The notes under the pieces are model-generated. The model was given only the letters and a program-made list of their open reading frames with translations, did not search any database and had not been told where the DNA came from. This document shows, one piece after another, positions 46,090 to 57,666 of a DNA stretch of 64,000 nt. Both the position numbers and the translations under genes were made by a program. Origin of the DNA: an uncultured SAR86 cluster bacterium (lineage in GTDB: Bacteria; Pseudomonadota; Gammaproteobacteria; Magnimaribacterales; D2472); assembly GCA_902515775.1 (NCBI GenBank), contig CABXVU010000003.1:32348-96347 (forward strand), read 5' to 3'. The number at the start of each line of letters is the position of its first letter. The stretch's first letter is position 1.

Positions 46090-47326
46090 ACTCTCTGCAG
46101 AAGCTAAAGCGTGGATTCTCTATGACGGCGGTAATTCTGCATTTGCTACAACTGTCATAGCAGCTTTCTTTCCAATTTTTTTTAATGATTTTTGGGCTTC
46201 TGGTCTTGAAGCTGAAGTAAAAACTGCCTACCTTGGATGGGGATTAACAATTTCAAATTTAGTTCTTTTATTCACATCTCCATTTATTGGTGCCATAACT
46301 GATGTTTCTAGAACAACAAAAATTTTATTTTCTGGATTTGGCGCAATATCGATAATCTCTGTAGCTGTTTTATTTTTAATACCAGCTGGTTCTTGGCTTC
46401 AAGCTTTAATATTTTTTGGAATAGCAAATTATTGTTTTGCTGCTGGTAATACTTTGTATGACAAGATGTTAGTTCAAGTTTCTAATCAAGATAACATTGC
46501 CCGAATATCTAGTTATGGATTTGCATTTGGTTATCTTGGAGGAGGTTTTTTATTCCTTATCAATGCAGCCATGACAATTAAACCAGAGTTTTTTGGATTA
46601 TCTAGTGTTGCAGACGCCGTGAGATGGTCTTTTTTAAGTGTGTCTGTTTGGTGGACTTTATTTTTAATACCCATTTTATTAAAAATTCAAGATAAGGGAG
46701 TTAGTTTACCTGGGTCACATTTTAAAATGGCCTATTCAAGAGTAATCAATACATTAAGAACTGTTTCCTCTAAAAAAAATGTTTTCATTTTTTTATTAGC
46801 TTTCTTTTTATACATTGATGGAGTTCACACTATTATGGCAATGGCAGCTGATTTTGCGCTCAACCTAGGGTTGCCTAGCAGCGATATAATTGTGGCACTT
46901 ATATTAGTTCAATTTGTGGCTTTCCCAACAACTTTATTGTGGTCAAAATTTGCATATAAATTTGGTGAGAAAAATACATTATTATTCACAATTTTTCTTT
47001 ATCTTATTGTAATAGCCTATTCTGCGTTTTTATCTAATGCTATTGAGTTTTATGTCCTCGCATCAATGGTTGGCGCTATTCAGGGAGGCATTCAATCAAT
47101 TTCTAGAAGCTATTATGCAACTCTTATTCCGCAAGGTGAATCCGGAGAATACTTTGGATTTTACAATATGTTTGGTCGAGCAGGTGCTTTTATGGGACCA
47201 GCATTGGTAGCAATTTTTGTAACTTTTTTTCAAGATACAAAATTTGGCTTGATACCTATAGCAGCACTGTTTATCATGGGTGCGATTATTCTTTTAAAAG
47301 TTAAAAGCAACCATGAATCTCTTTAG
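46076..47326 (+). CDS. MFS transporter (UMF1/Atg22-like)
   Basis: A 12-TM-like hydrophobic profile with N-terminal WILYDGGNSAFATTV. It overlaps the MBL gene by 14 nt. Confidence 0.75.
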   Translation: MSKAKLSAEAKAWILYDGGNSAFATTVIAAFFPIFFNDFWASGLEAEVKTAYLGWGLTISNLVLLFTSPFIGAITDVSRTTKILFSGFGAISIISVAVLFLIPAGSWLQALIFFGIANYCFAAGNTLYDKMLVQVSNQDNIARISSYGFAFGYLGGGFLFLINAAMTIKPEFFGLSSVADAVRWSFLSVSVWWTLFLIPILLKIQDKGVSLPGSHFKMAYSRVINTLRTVSSKKNVFIFLLAFFLYIDGVHTIMAMAADFALNLGLPSSDIIVALILVQFVAFPTTLLWSKFAYKFGEKNTLLFTIFLYLIVIAYSAFLSNAIEFYVLASMVGAIQGGIQSISRSYYATLIPQGESGEYFGFYNMFGRAGAFMGPALVAIFVTFFQDTKFGLIPIAALFIMGAIILLKVKSNHESL

Positions 47327-47501
47327 TCGAAAATCAATCATTTTATATAGCTTACTAGGTCTAGTAAGTCTTTTTTTGGCAGGCTTCATAAGAGAATTCC
47401 TGCAATTTTCTACTTGGTTAGAAATCTTAATTACTTCTTGCATTATTATTCCGATGTACATTTTTGCAAGAAAAATCTTTGCAAAATTTCTTCAGAGTTA
47501 A
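47313..47501 (+). CDS. small two-TM membrane protein (hypothetical)
   Basis: A 62-aa hydrophobic ORF overlapping the MFS 3' end by 14 nt. Confidence 0.35.
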   Translation: MNLFSRKSIILYSLLGLVSLFLAGFIREFLQFSTWLEILITSCIIIPMYIFARKIFAKFLQS

Positions 47502-48238
47502 CGATTTGATAAAAGATCTTTAAGAACTTTAGGTCTATCAGTAATAATTCCATCTACGCCTAAATCAATCAGTTTTTGCATTGTATCTTCATCGTTAATT
47601 GTCCACACATGAATCTTCAATCCAATTTCATGAATGTATCGTATAAATCGCCTTGTCACTAATTTTATTCCATACTGATATATAGGAATTTGTAAACAGT
47701 TACCAGGAACCCTCTTTTTGTAGAAACCATAGCTGGCTAGCAAAAGTTTCAACACCTCATTTGGACCCATAGACAAACAAATTTCAGGATAAAGGTCGTG
47801 AACCTGCTTTAGCCTTTTACTGCTAAAGCTTGCTATACAGACATTATTAATTGAATTTGTTTTCTTTATTACCTCCAATGCTGGTAGAACCACCTCATCA
47901 GTTTTTACATCTATTTGAAACAATGTATTAGGAAATTTAACGAGAGTTGATTCGAGTGTGGGAATTTTATATTTATCAAAAAGCATTAATTTATCTATTT
48001 CATCGCTATGCAATGAATTAAAAATCATATCTTTTCCAAATAATCTACTGAGGTCATCATCATGAAAAATATATGGAATTCCATCAGATGATAGTTGAAC
48101 ATCTGTCTCAATGTATGAAGATCCAATTTCAAGAGAATACACAAAAGACTCGATAGTATTTTCTGGTGCTTCAATACTGCCACCTCGGTGAGCAGAAATT
48201 GCTACACCTGAAACATTTAAATAGGGGTGGATAGACAT
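47498..48238 (-). CDS. ugpQ: glycerophosphodiester phosphodiesterase
   Basis: HRGG...PENT, ETDVQLSSDGIPYIFHDDDL, and the C-terminal GVDGIITDRP. Confidence 0.85.
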   Translation of the reverse strand: MSIHPYLNVSGVAISAHRGGSIEAPENTIESFVYSLEIGSSYIETDVQLSSDGIPYIFHDDDLSRLFGKDMIFNSLHSDEIDKLMLFDKYKIPTLESTLVKFPNTLFQIDVKTDEVVLPALEVIKKTNSINNVCIASFSSKRLKQVHDLYPEICLSMGPNEVLKLLLASYGFYKKRVPGNCLQIPIYQYGIKLVTRRFIRYIHEIGLKIHVWTINDEDTMQKLIDLGVDGIITDRPKVLKDLLSNR

Positions 48239-48300
48239 TTTATTATTGTACTGAGATTAGTGTAAAATCACTAAATTCGTACCAAGATTATAAGTAATAC

Positions 48301-48531
48301 ATGGAAGAACAGGATATCTTAATAGAGGAAGGAATGAATCTGCTATATAGCGGAATGATTGTTGTATTCAGTTTTTTGGTGTTGCTGATAATTTCAGTCA
48401 ATATACTAAGAGTCATCTTTTCTGTATTAACTCAAAATAAAGCTGAGGAGAGCTTTGATCCGTTATTAGTTGAGCAAAATAATATTCATCATAAAATTAT
48501 AAAAGAAGTGTTAGGAGATATTAGATCGTGA
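48301..48531 (+). CDS. oadG: oxaloacetate decarboxylase gamma subunit
   Basis: A 76-aa single-TM protein immediately upstream of oadA and overlapping it. Confidence 0.7.
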   Translation: MEEQDILIEEGMNLLYSGMIVVFSFLVLLIISVNILRVIFSVLTQNKAEESFDPLLVEQNNIHHKIIKEVLGDIRS

Positions 48532-50282
48532 CAGATTCTAAAAAAATTGGTGTAACTGAATTGGTATTAAGAGATGCGCATCAATCCTTGCTTGCAACTA
48601 GATTCAGATACTCTGATATGGAAACTGCCTTGAAGGATCTTGACAGCATTGGTTTTTGGTCAGTTGAATCTTGGGGTGGAGCTATATTTGATTCTTGTAT
48701 TAGATATTTAGGTGAGGATCCTTGGGAAAGAATTAGGAAAATAAAATCAATGATGCCCAATACTCCTCAACAAATGCTTTTGAGAGGGCAAAATTTACTT
48801 GGTTACAAACATTATTCTGATGATGTAGTGAATAAATTTGTTGAGTGCTCTAAAAAGAATGGCGTAGATGTTTTCAGGGTTTTTGATGCCTTAAATGATA
48901 CAAGAAATATGCATCAAGCTTTACAAGCAGTCATTAGTACAGATGGCCATGCGCAGGGAACTATTTCTTATACAACAAGTCCTGTTCACACGATCGATTT
49001 ATGGGTAGAGCTTGCAAAGAAAATTCAAGATATGGGCGCGCATTCATTGGCAATCAAAGATATGGCAGGATTATTGAAGCCTTATGTAGCATTTGAGTTA
49101 GTTTCTAAACTGAAAGAGGAGCTTGAAATTCCTATTCATTTGCATTGTCATGCAACCACAGGTTTTTCAGTAGCTACCGGTGTAAAAGCAATAGAAGCAG
49201 GATTAGATGTAATAGATACTTCAATTTCTTCTATGAGTATGACATATGGACACACACCAACAGAAACAATGATAAGCATTCTTGATGGAACAAATCGTGA
49301 GACAGATTTAAATCTTGAAAACCTCAAACCTATTGCTGAGCATTTTCAGTCAGTAAGAAAAAAATATAAGAAATTTGAAGGATCTTTAAGGGGTGTGGAT
49401 GCAAGAATCATAGCATCGCAAGTTCCAGGCGGGATGCTTACAAACCTTGAAAATCAGTTAAAAGCTCAAGATTCAATTGATAAATTTGATAGCGTTATTA
49501 AGGAAATCCCAAAAGTTAGAAAAGAACTAGGTTTTATTCCCCTAGTTACACCTACTTCACAGATTGTAGGAACACAATCTGTTATCAATGTCTTGTCTGG
49601 TTCTAGATATTCAACTATTACCAATGAAGTGAAATCTTTATTGAAAGGTGAATATGGAGAAACTCCTGCACCAGTTGATAAAGATTTGCAGCAACAGGCT
49701 ATTGGTGATAGTGCTGTAATTAATTGCAGACCAGCTGACTTGTTGAATGATGATTATCAATCAGCAAAAGAAGACTTTGAAAAGGCAATGACTGAAAATA
49801 ATCTCTTGTCAGAATCATCTGATGAAAACGTCCTCATTTATACAATGTTTCCAGAAATTGGAGTGAATTTTTTAGCAAACGTCGATAATCCAGATTACTT
49901 TGAACCTGAGCCATTAGATATTCATGAATTAACCGATTCTTCTTATCTTGTAAGCGTGGATGATAAAGAATATTCGGTAACTCTTAAAGCTGATAATTCA
50001 GTGATAATAAATGATGGATCGCAGGTAAATAAAGTTAACAGCAGCCCAATAGTTGAAGCTGGACTTGGAACAATCATAGAAGCTCCTCTTGGTGGAAATA
50101 TCTTTAGAACAATTGCCTCCGAGGGAGATTCTGTTGAGGCAGATACAACCATTCTCATACTAGAGGCTATGAAGATGGAGACAGAGATCAAGGCACCTTC
50201 AGCTGGAATCATCTCAAAAATTTTTGTTAAGCCTGGAGATATTGTTAAACCTGGCAATCCTTTATTTGAAATTCAAAGTTAA
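48528..50282 (+). CDS. oadA: oxaloacetate decarboxylase alpha subunit (carboxyltransferase + biotin carrier)
   Basis: N-terminal [16 protein letters not shown] and C-terminal biotinylation motif [10 protein letters not shown]. Confidence 0.9.
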   Translation: MTDSKKIGVTELVLRDAHQSLLATRFRYSDMETALKDLDSIGFWSVESWGGAIFDSCIRYLGEDPWERIRKIKSMMPNTPQQMLLRGQNLLGYKHYSDDVVNKFVECSKKNGVDVFRVFDALNDTRNMHQALQAVISTDGHAQGTISYTTSPVHTIDLWVELAKKIQDMGAHSLAIKDMAGLLKPYVAFELVSKLKEELEIPIHLHCHATTGFSVATGVKAIEAGLDVIDTSISSMSMTYGHTPTETMISILDGTNRETDLNLENLKPIAEHFQSVRKKYKKFEGSLRGVDARIIASQVPGGMLTNLENQLKAQDSIDKFDSVIKEIPKVRKELGFIPLVTPTSQIVGTQSVINVLSGSRYSTITNEVKSLLKGEYGETPAPVDKDLQQQAIGDSAVINCRPADLLNDDYQSAKEDFEKAMTENNLLSESSDENVLIYTMFPEIGVNFLANVDNPDYFEPEPLDIHELTDSSYLVSVDDKEYSVTLKADNSVIINDGSQVNKVNSSPIVEAGLGTIIEAPLGGNIFRTIASEGDSVEADTTILILEAMKMETEIKAPSAGIISKIFVKPGDIVKPGNPLFEIQS

Positions 50283-51571
50283 TGAACTTAGAAGCAATAT
50301 TTTCTAATTTAGGAATCTTCAGTTTAACTTCTGGACAATCAATAATGCTATTGGTTGGATTATTAATACTGTATTTAGCTATTAGTAAGAAATTTGAACC
50401 TCTACTATTGCTACCTATCGGTTTTGGCGCAATTCTTACAAATATTCCTGAAATTGGCTTAGCCCTTAGCCCAATAGAAAAGTTAATTTATTACTCTGAT
50501 GTTAATGAGTTAGCTGGAGCTATGTCATTAGTCTCAGTAATTGATGGAGAATCTTTAACATCATTTCTTAAAACAGCCTCACATTCTCAGCTATGGTTAC
50601 TTAATGAATATGCAGCAGAGTTAGGTTATAAGTCAGGAATCTTAAATACTTTTTATAATGTAGCGATTGGCTCAGGAGTTGCCCCATTGGTAATTTTTAT
50701 GGGTGTTGGTGCCATGACAGATTTTGGTCCAATGTTAGCTAATCCTAAAACATTAATATTAGGAGCTGCAGCACAATTTGGTATTTTTGCTACCGTTATT
50801 GGCGCATTGTTATTGAATAAATTAGGTTTAGTTTCATTTACCTTAAAGCAAGCTGCTGCAACAGGAATTATCGGAGGTGCAGATGGACCAACTGCAATTT
50901 ATGTCTCTTCAATTTTAGCTCCAGAACTTTTAGGAGCAATTGCTGTTGCTGCTTATTCATATATGGCATTAGTTCCATTGATACAGCCTCCGATTATGAG
51001 GCTCTTAACATCAAATTCTGAGAGAACAATTAGAATGGTTCAATTAAGAGAGGTCTCTCAAAAAGAAAAAATTATATTCCCAATTATATTGGTTTTTCTT
51101 GTTGGCATGATGCTCCCAAGTGCTGCTCCACTAATTGGCATGTTTTGTTTCGGAAACTTAATGAGAGAATCTCTAGTTGTCGAAAGGTTAAGCGAAGTGG
51201 TGCAAAACTCACTCATTAATATAGTTACAATTTTTTTAGGATTAGCTGTTGGGTCTAGACTTGCAGCGGATCAGTTTCTCACTCCTGAAACGCTTGGCAT
51301 TCTATCTTTAGGAATTATTGCTTTTTCGATCGGTACAGCATCAGGTATTTTGATGGCTAAATTAATGAATGTTCTTAGCAAAAACAAAATAAATCCCCTA
51401 ATTGGAGCTGCTGGAGTATCTGCTGTGCCTATGGCTGCAAGAGTTGTAAATAAAGTAGGGCTTGAAAATGATTCCCAAAACTTTTTATTAATGCATGCCA
51501 TGGGTCCCAATGTAGCTGGAGTAATTGGTTCTGCAGTTGCAGCTGGAGTAATGATTCAACTTTTAGCCTAA
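50282..51571 (+). CDS. oadB: oxaloacetate decarboxylase beta subunit (Na+ pump)
   Basis: A polytopic membrane protein with [13 protein letters not shown] and [15 protein letters not shown], typical of OadB/GcdB/MmdB. Confidence 0.9.
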   Translation: MNLEAIFSNLGIFSLTSGQSIMLLVGLLILYLAISKKFEPLLLLPIGFGAILTNIPEIGLALSPIEKLIYYSDVNELAGAMSLVSVIDGESLTSFLKTASHSQLWLLNEYAAELGYKSGILNTFYNVAIGSGVAPLVIFMGVGAMTDFGPMLANPKTLILGAAAQFGIFATVIGALLLNKLGLVSFTLKQAAATGIIGGADGPTAIYVSSILAPELLGAIAVAAYSYMALVPLIQPPIMRLLTSNSERTIRMVQLREVSQKEKIIFPIILVFLVGMMLPSAAPLIGMFCFGNLMRESLVVERLSEVVQNSLINIVTIFLGLAVGSRLAADQFLTPETLGILSLGIIAFSIGTASGILMAKLMNVLSKNKINPLIGAAGVSAVPMAARVVNKVGLENDSQNFLLMHAMGPNVAGVIGSAVAAGVMIQLLA

Positions 51572-51575
51572 TGCT

Positions 51576-52709
51576 ATGGATCCTTTTAAAGATATCAGAC
51601 CTTATATTGACTCTGAAGTAGCAGAGGTTCTATCGTCACTAACATCTAATCAATTAGTCATAAATGCTTTAATAGGCCTACAATTTCCAGGAATTTTTTC
51701 AAAAATTCCTTTTTTTAAGTTTTTTATTAAGCAAAGGCTTATTTCTAGAGCAAAAATAATCAACACAATTGATGATTATCAAAAATTATTTAAAAAGTTA
51801 ATGGAAAAAGTTGTCGAAGAATCCATAAATGGCTTTCGAGTAAATGGGCTAGATCAACTTGATAAAAATGATAGTTATTTATTTATCTCTAATCACAGAG
51901 ATATTACATTAGATGCGGCACTTCTTGCGCTCAATCTTTATCAATCAGGATTTAAAACATTTAATATTGCTGTCGGAAATAATCTTATGGAGGAGAAATG
52001 GGCATCTGATTTATTTCGATTAAATAAAAGCTTTATTATTCAAAGATCTGGAGCAACAAAAAAAGAAATTTATTCAGGTTTGTCGCTTGCTTCTCAATTC
52101 ATCAATAAAAGCATCTTTCAAGATAATGATTCTATATGGATTGCTCAAAAACAAGGAAGAGCCAAGGATGGGATTGATGAAACTGATCCAGCACTACTAA
52201 AAATGATTCATCTAACAGAGAGAAAATCAAAATCTATCGCCGATTATTTTAATTCTTTAAAAGTAGTGCCTGTTTCTGTTTCATATGAGTTCGATCCAAA
52301 TGATCAATTGAAAGCACTAGAGCTAGATGCATATGAATCCAAAAATCAATATGTTAAACAAAAAGATGAAGATCTTAAAAGTATTGCCAATGGGATAACT
52401 GGATTTAAAGGAAATGTCACAATAAATATATCTGAGCCATTGCAATTTGAACCTAGTGACAATTATCAAGAAATTTCAAATAAAATAACTAATTTAATAG
52501 TAAGCATGTATGAGCTCTACCCAACAAACTTTGCTGCGTGTAATTTGCTTGGTTGGGATTGGCAAGTGCAAACAAGCTACTCAACTAAACAAATTAAAGA
52601 AGCACAGGAAATATTAGATGGCAGAACAAAGTCATTACCAGTTAGCGTACGTTCGAAATTGTTAGAACAATACGCTAATCCTGTGATTAGAAAACTACAA
52701 TTAGATTAG
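51576..52709 (+). CDS. glycerolipid acyltransferase family protein (PlsC-like H-x4-D)
   Basis: NHRDITLD (H-x4-D acyltransferase motif) and the downstream RSGATKKE block. Confidence 0.65.
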   Translation: MDPFKDIRPYIDSEVAEVLSSLTSNQLVINALIGLQFPGIFSKIPFFKFFIKQRLISRAKIINTIDDYQKLFKKLMEKVVEESINGFRVNGLDQLDKNDSYLFISNHRDITLDAALLALNLYQSGFKTFNIAVGNNLMEEKWASDLFRLNKSFIIQRSGATKKEIYSGLSLASQFINKSIFQDNDSIWIAQKQGRAKDGIDETDPALLKMIHLTERKSKSIADYFNSLKVVPVSVSYEFDPNDQLKALELDAYESKNQYVKQKDEDLKSIANGITGFKGNVTINISEPLQFEPSDNYQEISNKITNLIVSMYELYPTNFAACNLLGWDWQVQTSYSTKQIKEAQEILDGRTKSLPVSVRSKLLEQYANPVIRKLQLD

Positions 52710-53992
52710 CCTGTAATGTAGCTACTTTCATTATGTTCCGTTAAATCTAGGCCTTCATGCTCATTTTCATCGCTTACTCTTAAATCTGTAACGAACGAGG
52801 TAATTTTTAAGGCTATCCAAGAAAATACTAGAGTCCAAATACAAATCACCAAAACTCCTTGAAGCTGAATCATAAATTGCTCAAATACAGATGGATCAAA
52901 TCCAGTAGCGCCAGATCCTAGAAATCCATCTGGTTTACCAACGAATGCAAGCATTAAAATTCCTAAAATACCTCCAACTCCATGAACAGGAAAAACATCC
53001 AATGAATCATCAATTTTAAAATTACCCTTAATGATTTGAGTTGCATAAAAACATACAAAACCTGCTAGAAAACCTATCAAAACGGCTCCTTGAGGACCCA
53101 CAGTACCAGAGGCGGGCGTAATAGTGGCTAGTCCAGCTACCATACCAGTGGCTATGCCAACTACTGTAGGCTTACCAGTTTTGAGCCATTCTACTAGCAT
53201 CCAAGTTAGTGCACCAACTGCTGCGCTTATATGAGTAACTAAAATAGCCATGGCAGCACTTGAATCTGCTGCTAGAGCACTACCACCGTTAAATCCGAAC
53301 CATCCAACCCACAGCATAGCTGCTCCCATTACTACCATAGGTCTGTTATGGGGAATCAATGAACCACCTGGAAATCCTTTCCTAGGGCCAAGCACTATCG
53401 CGGCAACCAAAGCTCCAACTCCACATGTTGCATGCACCACTAAACCTCCAGCAAAATCAATGACACCAATGCTTCCAAGGTATCCTCCGCCCCATACCAT
53501 ATGGCATGCTGGCAAATAAACCAAAGTTACCCAAAGAATAGTAAAAATACACATAGCACTGAACCTCATTCGCTCAGCAAATGCACCAACAACCAAAGCT
53601 GGTGTAATAACAGCAAATGTCATTTGAAAAACAATAAATAGACTTTCAGGAAGAGATCCAGAAACAGAATCTCTCGTTAAATTAGATAAGAAAAAAGCAT
53701 CAGTTCCACCAATAATAGAACCATTACCGGTAAATGCTAGGCTGTAGCCATAAACAACCCATACTACAGAAACAATGCAACAAATTGCAAAGCATTGCAT
53801 TAGGACTGATAACACATTTTGTGATCTAACGAGCCCACCATAAAAAAGTGCTAGCCCAGGAAGAGTCATAAATAAAACTAAAGCAGTAGCAGTTAAAATC
53901 CAGGCCGTATCTCCAGCGTTAATTTCAGATGAAAGCACTGCTGGTGAGAGAAGAGTAATTAAACCGACAAGAGAGTAATTTAATAATTTCAT
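52706..53992 (-). CDS. amtB: ammonium transporter AmtB (with signal peptide)
   Basis: Signal peptide followed by GDTAWILTATALVLFMTLPGLALFYGG, then DFAGGLVVH and VHGVGGILG. Confidence 0.95.
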   Translation of the reverse strand: MKLLNYSLVGLITLLSPAVLSSEINAGDTAWILTATALVLFMTLPGLALFYGGLVRSQNVLSVLMQCFAICCIVSVVWVVYGYSLAFTGNGSIIGGTDAFFLSNLTRDSVSGSLPESLFIVFQMTFAVITPALVVGAFAERMRFSAMCIFTILWVTLVYLPACHMVWGGGYLGSIGVIDFAGGLVVHATCGVGALVAAIVLGPRKGFPGGSLIPHNRPMVVMGAAMLWVGWFGFNGGSALAADSSAAMAILVTHISAAVGALTWMLVEWLKTGKPTVVGIATGMVAGLATITPASGTVGPQGAVLIGFLAGFVCFYATQIIKGNFKIDDSLDVFPVHGVGGILGILMLAFVGKPDGFLGSGATGFDPSVFEQFMIQLQGVLVICIWTLVFSWIALKITSFVTDLRVSDENEHEGLDLTEHNESSYITG

Positions 53993-54004
53993 TTTTTTCC
54001 CTAA

Positions 54005-54352
<348 letters not shown>

Positions 54353-54413
54353 TTATAAAAATTTAGAATAGTTAATATTAAAACCTGCACTATTATGCAC
54401 TTAATAAAAGCAA

Positions 54414-54442
54414 AATATAGTTTTTGTGTGATATTTGGTCAG
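54414..54442 (-). promoter_or_regulatory. candidate sigma-70 promoter for the second glnK-amtB module
   Basis: The minus strand reads CTGACC-N17-TATATT, about 70 nt upstream of glnK. Confidence 0.3.
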
Positions 54443-54472
54443 AATTGACTCACTTTTGCACAATTTCAATGC

Positions 54473-54506
54473 AAAAAAAACCGCCAACGATAATTGACGG
54501 TTTTTT
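54473..54506 (-). terminator. rho-independent (bidirectional-looking) terminator after the first amt gene
   Basis: An A8 run, then stem CCGCCAA / TTGACGG (one mismatch) with loop CGATAA, then a T6 run. On the minus strand the hairpin is followed by T8. Confidence 0.7.
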
Positions 54507-54520
54507 ATATGATTTAAGCT

Positions 54521-55798
54521 TTACTTAAATTCTGGGTAAGCTTCAACTCCAATTTCAGAAGCATCTAGACCAGCTTCTTGTTCAGAATCAGTAGCTCTAA
54601 TTGGCATGAACATGTTTATTACATAAACAGTTCCTAGGCTAGCTAAAAAGCCAAACCCACCAATGGATACAACACCAATGAACTGATACAAGAATGATGC
54701 ATCGCCATTAGTGAAAGGTACAACCATACAACCAAATATTCCAGCAGTTCCGTGAGCAGAAATTGCTCCTACTGGATCATCTACCTTAATACTATCAAAG
54801 AATAAGATTGAACCATATACAATCAAGCCTCCAATAAACCCTATAATTACAGCTTCACCACCAGTTGGTGCACTTGGTCCAGCAGTTATTGCTACTAAGC
54901 CAGCAATAGCACCATTTATTACCATGGTTACATCACTTTTACCTGTCATAAATAGACTAAGTACTAGGGCTCCAAGGACTCCACCTGCTGCAGCCATATT
55001 AGTATTTAAAAATACCTGACTAACTGCAATAGCGCTTGCTTCATCACTGATAACAAGCTCTGATCCGCCGTTAAATCCAAACCAACCTAACCATAGAATA
55101 AGAGTACCTAAGGCTGCGAGAGGAATATTTGATCCTGGCATTGGGTTAACAGTTCCATCAAAACCATACTTTCCATTTCTTGGTCCTAATAGAGTCACAA
55201 CTCCTAAGGCAGCAGCTGCGCCTAAAAGATGTACCGTACCAGATCCGGCATAGTCAGAGTATCCAAGAGTACTTAAAAATCCACCGCCCCAATTCCAATA
55301 TCCCTGTGTAGGATAAATAAAGGCAGTTAAGACAACTGCAAATAAGAAAAATGGTACTAGTTTCATTCTTCCAGCGACAGCTCCTGATACAATTGACATT
55401 GCGGTAGCAACAAAAACAACCTGAAAAAAGAAGTCAGCTTGTTGTGAGTAATCCATACCATATGCCATACCAATTTCATCAAGAGGCATATCAGTACTTA
55501 AACCCCATGAGGTTCCAATTGCTGGTAAAATACCATATACGATTGCTTCACCGGCATCATCTAAACCACCAGATATTGCAAATACTGCATCTGATGGATA
55601 CATAAGCACAAATCCACATACTAGGTACATGACACATGCTATTGAAAATAAACCAAGGTTTTTGGTTACGATTTCAGAAACATCTTTCTTTTGGACTAAC
55701 CCTGCCTCCAGCATGGTAAATCCAGCTGCCATCCACATGACAAGCGCCCCTGACATAATTGCATAGAACGTATCTAATGCAAATTTTACTTCATCCAT
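54521..55798 (-). CDS. amt: ammonium transporter (Amt family, no cleavable signal peptide)
   Basis: DTFYAIMSGALVMWMAAGFTMLEAG, DYAGSGTVHLLG and AHGTAGIFG. Confidence 0.9.
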   Translation of the reverse strand: MDEVKFALDTFYAIMSGALVMWMAAGFTMLEAGLVQKKDVSEIVTKNLGLFSIACVMYLVCGFVLMYPSDAVFAISGGLDDAGEAIVYGILPAIGTSWGLSTDMPLDEIGMAYGMDYSQQADFFFQVVFVATAMSIVSGAVAGRMKLVPFFLFAVVLTAFIYPTQGYWNWGGGFLSTLGYSDYAGSGTVHLLGAAAALGVVTLLGPRNGKYGFDGTVNPMPGSNIPLAALGTLILWLGWFGFNGGSELVISDEASAIAVSQVFLNTNMAAAGGVLGALVLSLFMTGKSDVTMVINGAIAGLVAITAGPSAPTGGEAVIIGFIGGLIVYGSILFFDSIKVDDPVGAISAHGTAGIFGCMVVPFTNGDASFLYQFIGVVSIGGFGFLASLGTVYVINMFMPIRATDSEQEAGLDASEIGVEAYPEFK

Positions 55799-55821
55799 AA
55801 TAATCCTCCTTATTTAAATTA

Positions 55822-56166
<345 letters not shown>

Positions 56167-56760
56167 TTATAAACTTGCTGCTATTGAGAAGAAAATCCCG
56201 TCTTCATCTCCAGTTCCATAACCTTCATCAGTCATGTCATACATTGTCAAACCACATTCATATGAACCACATGCAAAACCATAACTTAGAGTTATATTGT
56301 CACTGACATCATCATAAGTACCATATGATAAAGATACTGGACCAATTCCGTATGAAAATTCTGTGTAATCTGGAGCACCATCTTGTCCGGAAGCAAAGAA
56401 TAATCCCAAATCACCAAATGATAGACCTAGGTAAATTTCTTCAAAATCAAGACCAGTTTGATTTTCAGGATAATCAAAAGCTATGTAGCCAATGTCTACA
56501 CCGACGTCACCCATAGAAAAACCATAGCCAGCATAGTAATCTAATTCACTACCTGCACCATCGTTAAAGTTAACATTTGATCCCCATATACCTGCATAGA
56601 AACCGCCTTCAGCTTCATAGTCAAAACCACCTTGAATCGCAGGGCCATCACTTTGAGTCATACCTCTCCAAACATAATCTGAAGTAAAGGCTACATTAGC
56701 GCTAACAGCTGCAAAAGAGGGCATAGCAAGCATGCCGACTAGCAATAATAATCTTTTCAT
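56167..56760 (-). CDS. small beta-barrel outer membrane protein (Gcw_chp/TIGR02001-like)
   Basis: Signal peptide MKRLLLLVGMLAMPSFA, then VSANVAFTSDYVWRGMTQSDGPAIQGGFDY and Gly/aromatic-rich alternating strands. Confidence 0.55.
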   Translation of the reverse strand: MKRLLLLVGMLAMPSFAAVSANVAFTSDYVWRGMTQSDGPAIQGGFDYEAEGGFYAGIWGSNVNFNDGAGSELDYYAGYGFSMGDVGVDIGYIAFDYPENQTGLDFEEIYLGLSFGDLGLFFASGQDGAPDYTEFSYGIGPVSLSYGTYDDVSDNITLSYGFACGSYECGLTMYDMTDEGYGTGDEDGIFFSIAASL

Positions 56761-56801
56761 AATTTCTCCTATATATATTTATGAAGTTATATATTATGAA
56801 A

Positions 56802-56817
56802 TGCAATAATCGTGCCA
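56802..56817 (-). promoter_or_regulatory. sigma-54 (RpoN) promoter
   Basis: The minus strand reads TGGCAC-GATTA-TTGCA, an exact match to the -24/-12 consensus TGGCAC-N5-TTGCW. It lies about 40 nt upstream of the OMP start codon. Confidence 0.7.
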
Positions 56818-56895
56818 ATCTCACTTTTTAACTTTCTTATGGGATCTTTTTTTGAAATTGGTAGGTATAATTTCTTTTAAATATGGAGACACCAA

Positions 56896-57666
56896 ATGGA
56901 ATTAAAAGATAAAGTTATTGCAATTACTGGGGGCGCATCTGGTTTGGGTGAAGCATCAACTAGACATTTTGTTAGTCAAGGTGCAAAAGTTATGATCTTA
57001 GATATTAACGATGACAATGCAAAGTCTATTTGTTCTGAATTAGGCGATGATAGCGTTAAGTATATCAATACGAACATCATGGAAGAAGAGCCTGTAAAAG
57101 ACGCAATGTCAAAAATAGCAGAAGAGTTTGGAAAATTACACGTTGCTATTAATTGCGCCGGTACTGGATATGGAGCTAGGATTATTGGCAAGGATGCTCC
57201 ACATCCACTGGATCACTTCAAATTTATCATTGATCTCAATTTGGTTGGAACATTTAATGTAATGCGCTTAGCCGCAGAATTGATGGATAAAAACGAGCCA
57301 GATGAGGATGGTGAAAAAGGTGTAATTATCAATACTGCTTCAATTGCTGGCTATGAGGGACAAATTGGACAATCAGCCTATAGCGCATCCAAGGCTGGTG
57401 TAATTGGTTTAACTTTGACTGCAGCAAGAGATCTGGCAAGGCATGGAATAAGGGTTAATACAATTGCACCAGGTATTTTTGATACGCCGTTGATGAAATT
57501 AGCTCCAGATAAAGTAAGAGATCCTCTGCTTGAATCAACCCAATTTCCTCACAGATTTGGCATTCCTTCTGAATTTGGCAATTTAGCTGCACATATTGTT
57601 GAAAATACATATTTGAATGGTGAAACAATAAGACTTGATTCAGCTATGAGAATGAAGCCAAGATAA
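56896..57666 (+). CDS. 3-hydroxyacyl-CoA dehydrogenase type-2-like SDR
   Basis: TGGASGLGE, and YSASKAGVIGLTLTAARDLARHGIRVNTIAPGIFDTPLM, characteristic of HSD10/FadB2x-type SDRs. Confidence 0.8.
   Translation: MELKDKVIAITGGASGLGEASTRHFVSQGAKVMILDINDDNAKSICSELGDDSVKYINTNIMEEEPVKDAMSKIAEEFGKLHVAINCAGTGYGARIIGKDAPHPLDHFKFIIDLNLVGTFNVMRLAAELMDKNEPDEDGEKGVIINTASIAGYEGQIGQSAYSASKAGVIGLTLTAARDLARHGIRVNTIAPGIFDTPLMKLAPDKVRDPLLESTQFPHRFGIPSEFGNLAAHIVENTYLNGETIRLDSAMRMKPR

Noticed and set aside
56818-56895. Searched for NtrC enhancer sites (TGCACC-N3-5-GGTGCA type) upstream of the sigma-54 promoter
   Set aside because: No convincing match was found in the 78 bp available before the divergent SDR gene. 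Enhancers may lie inside that gene or differ from the enterobacterial consensus, so no feature is reported.
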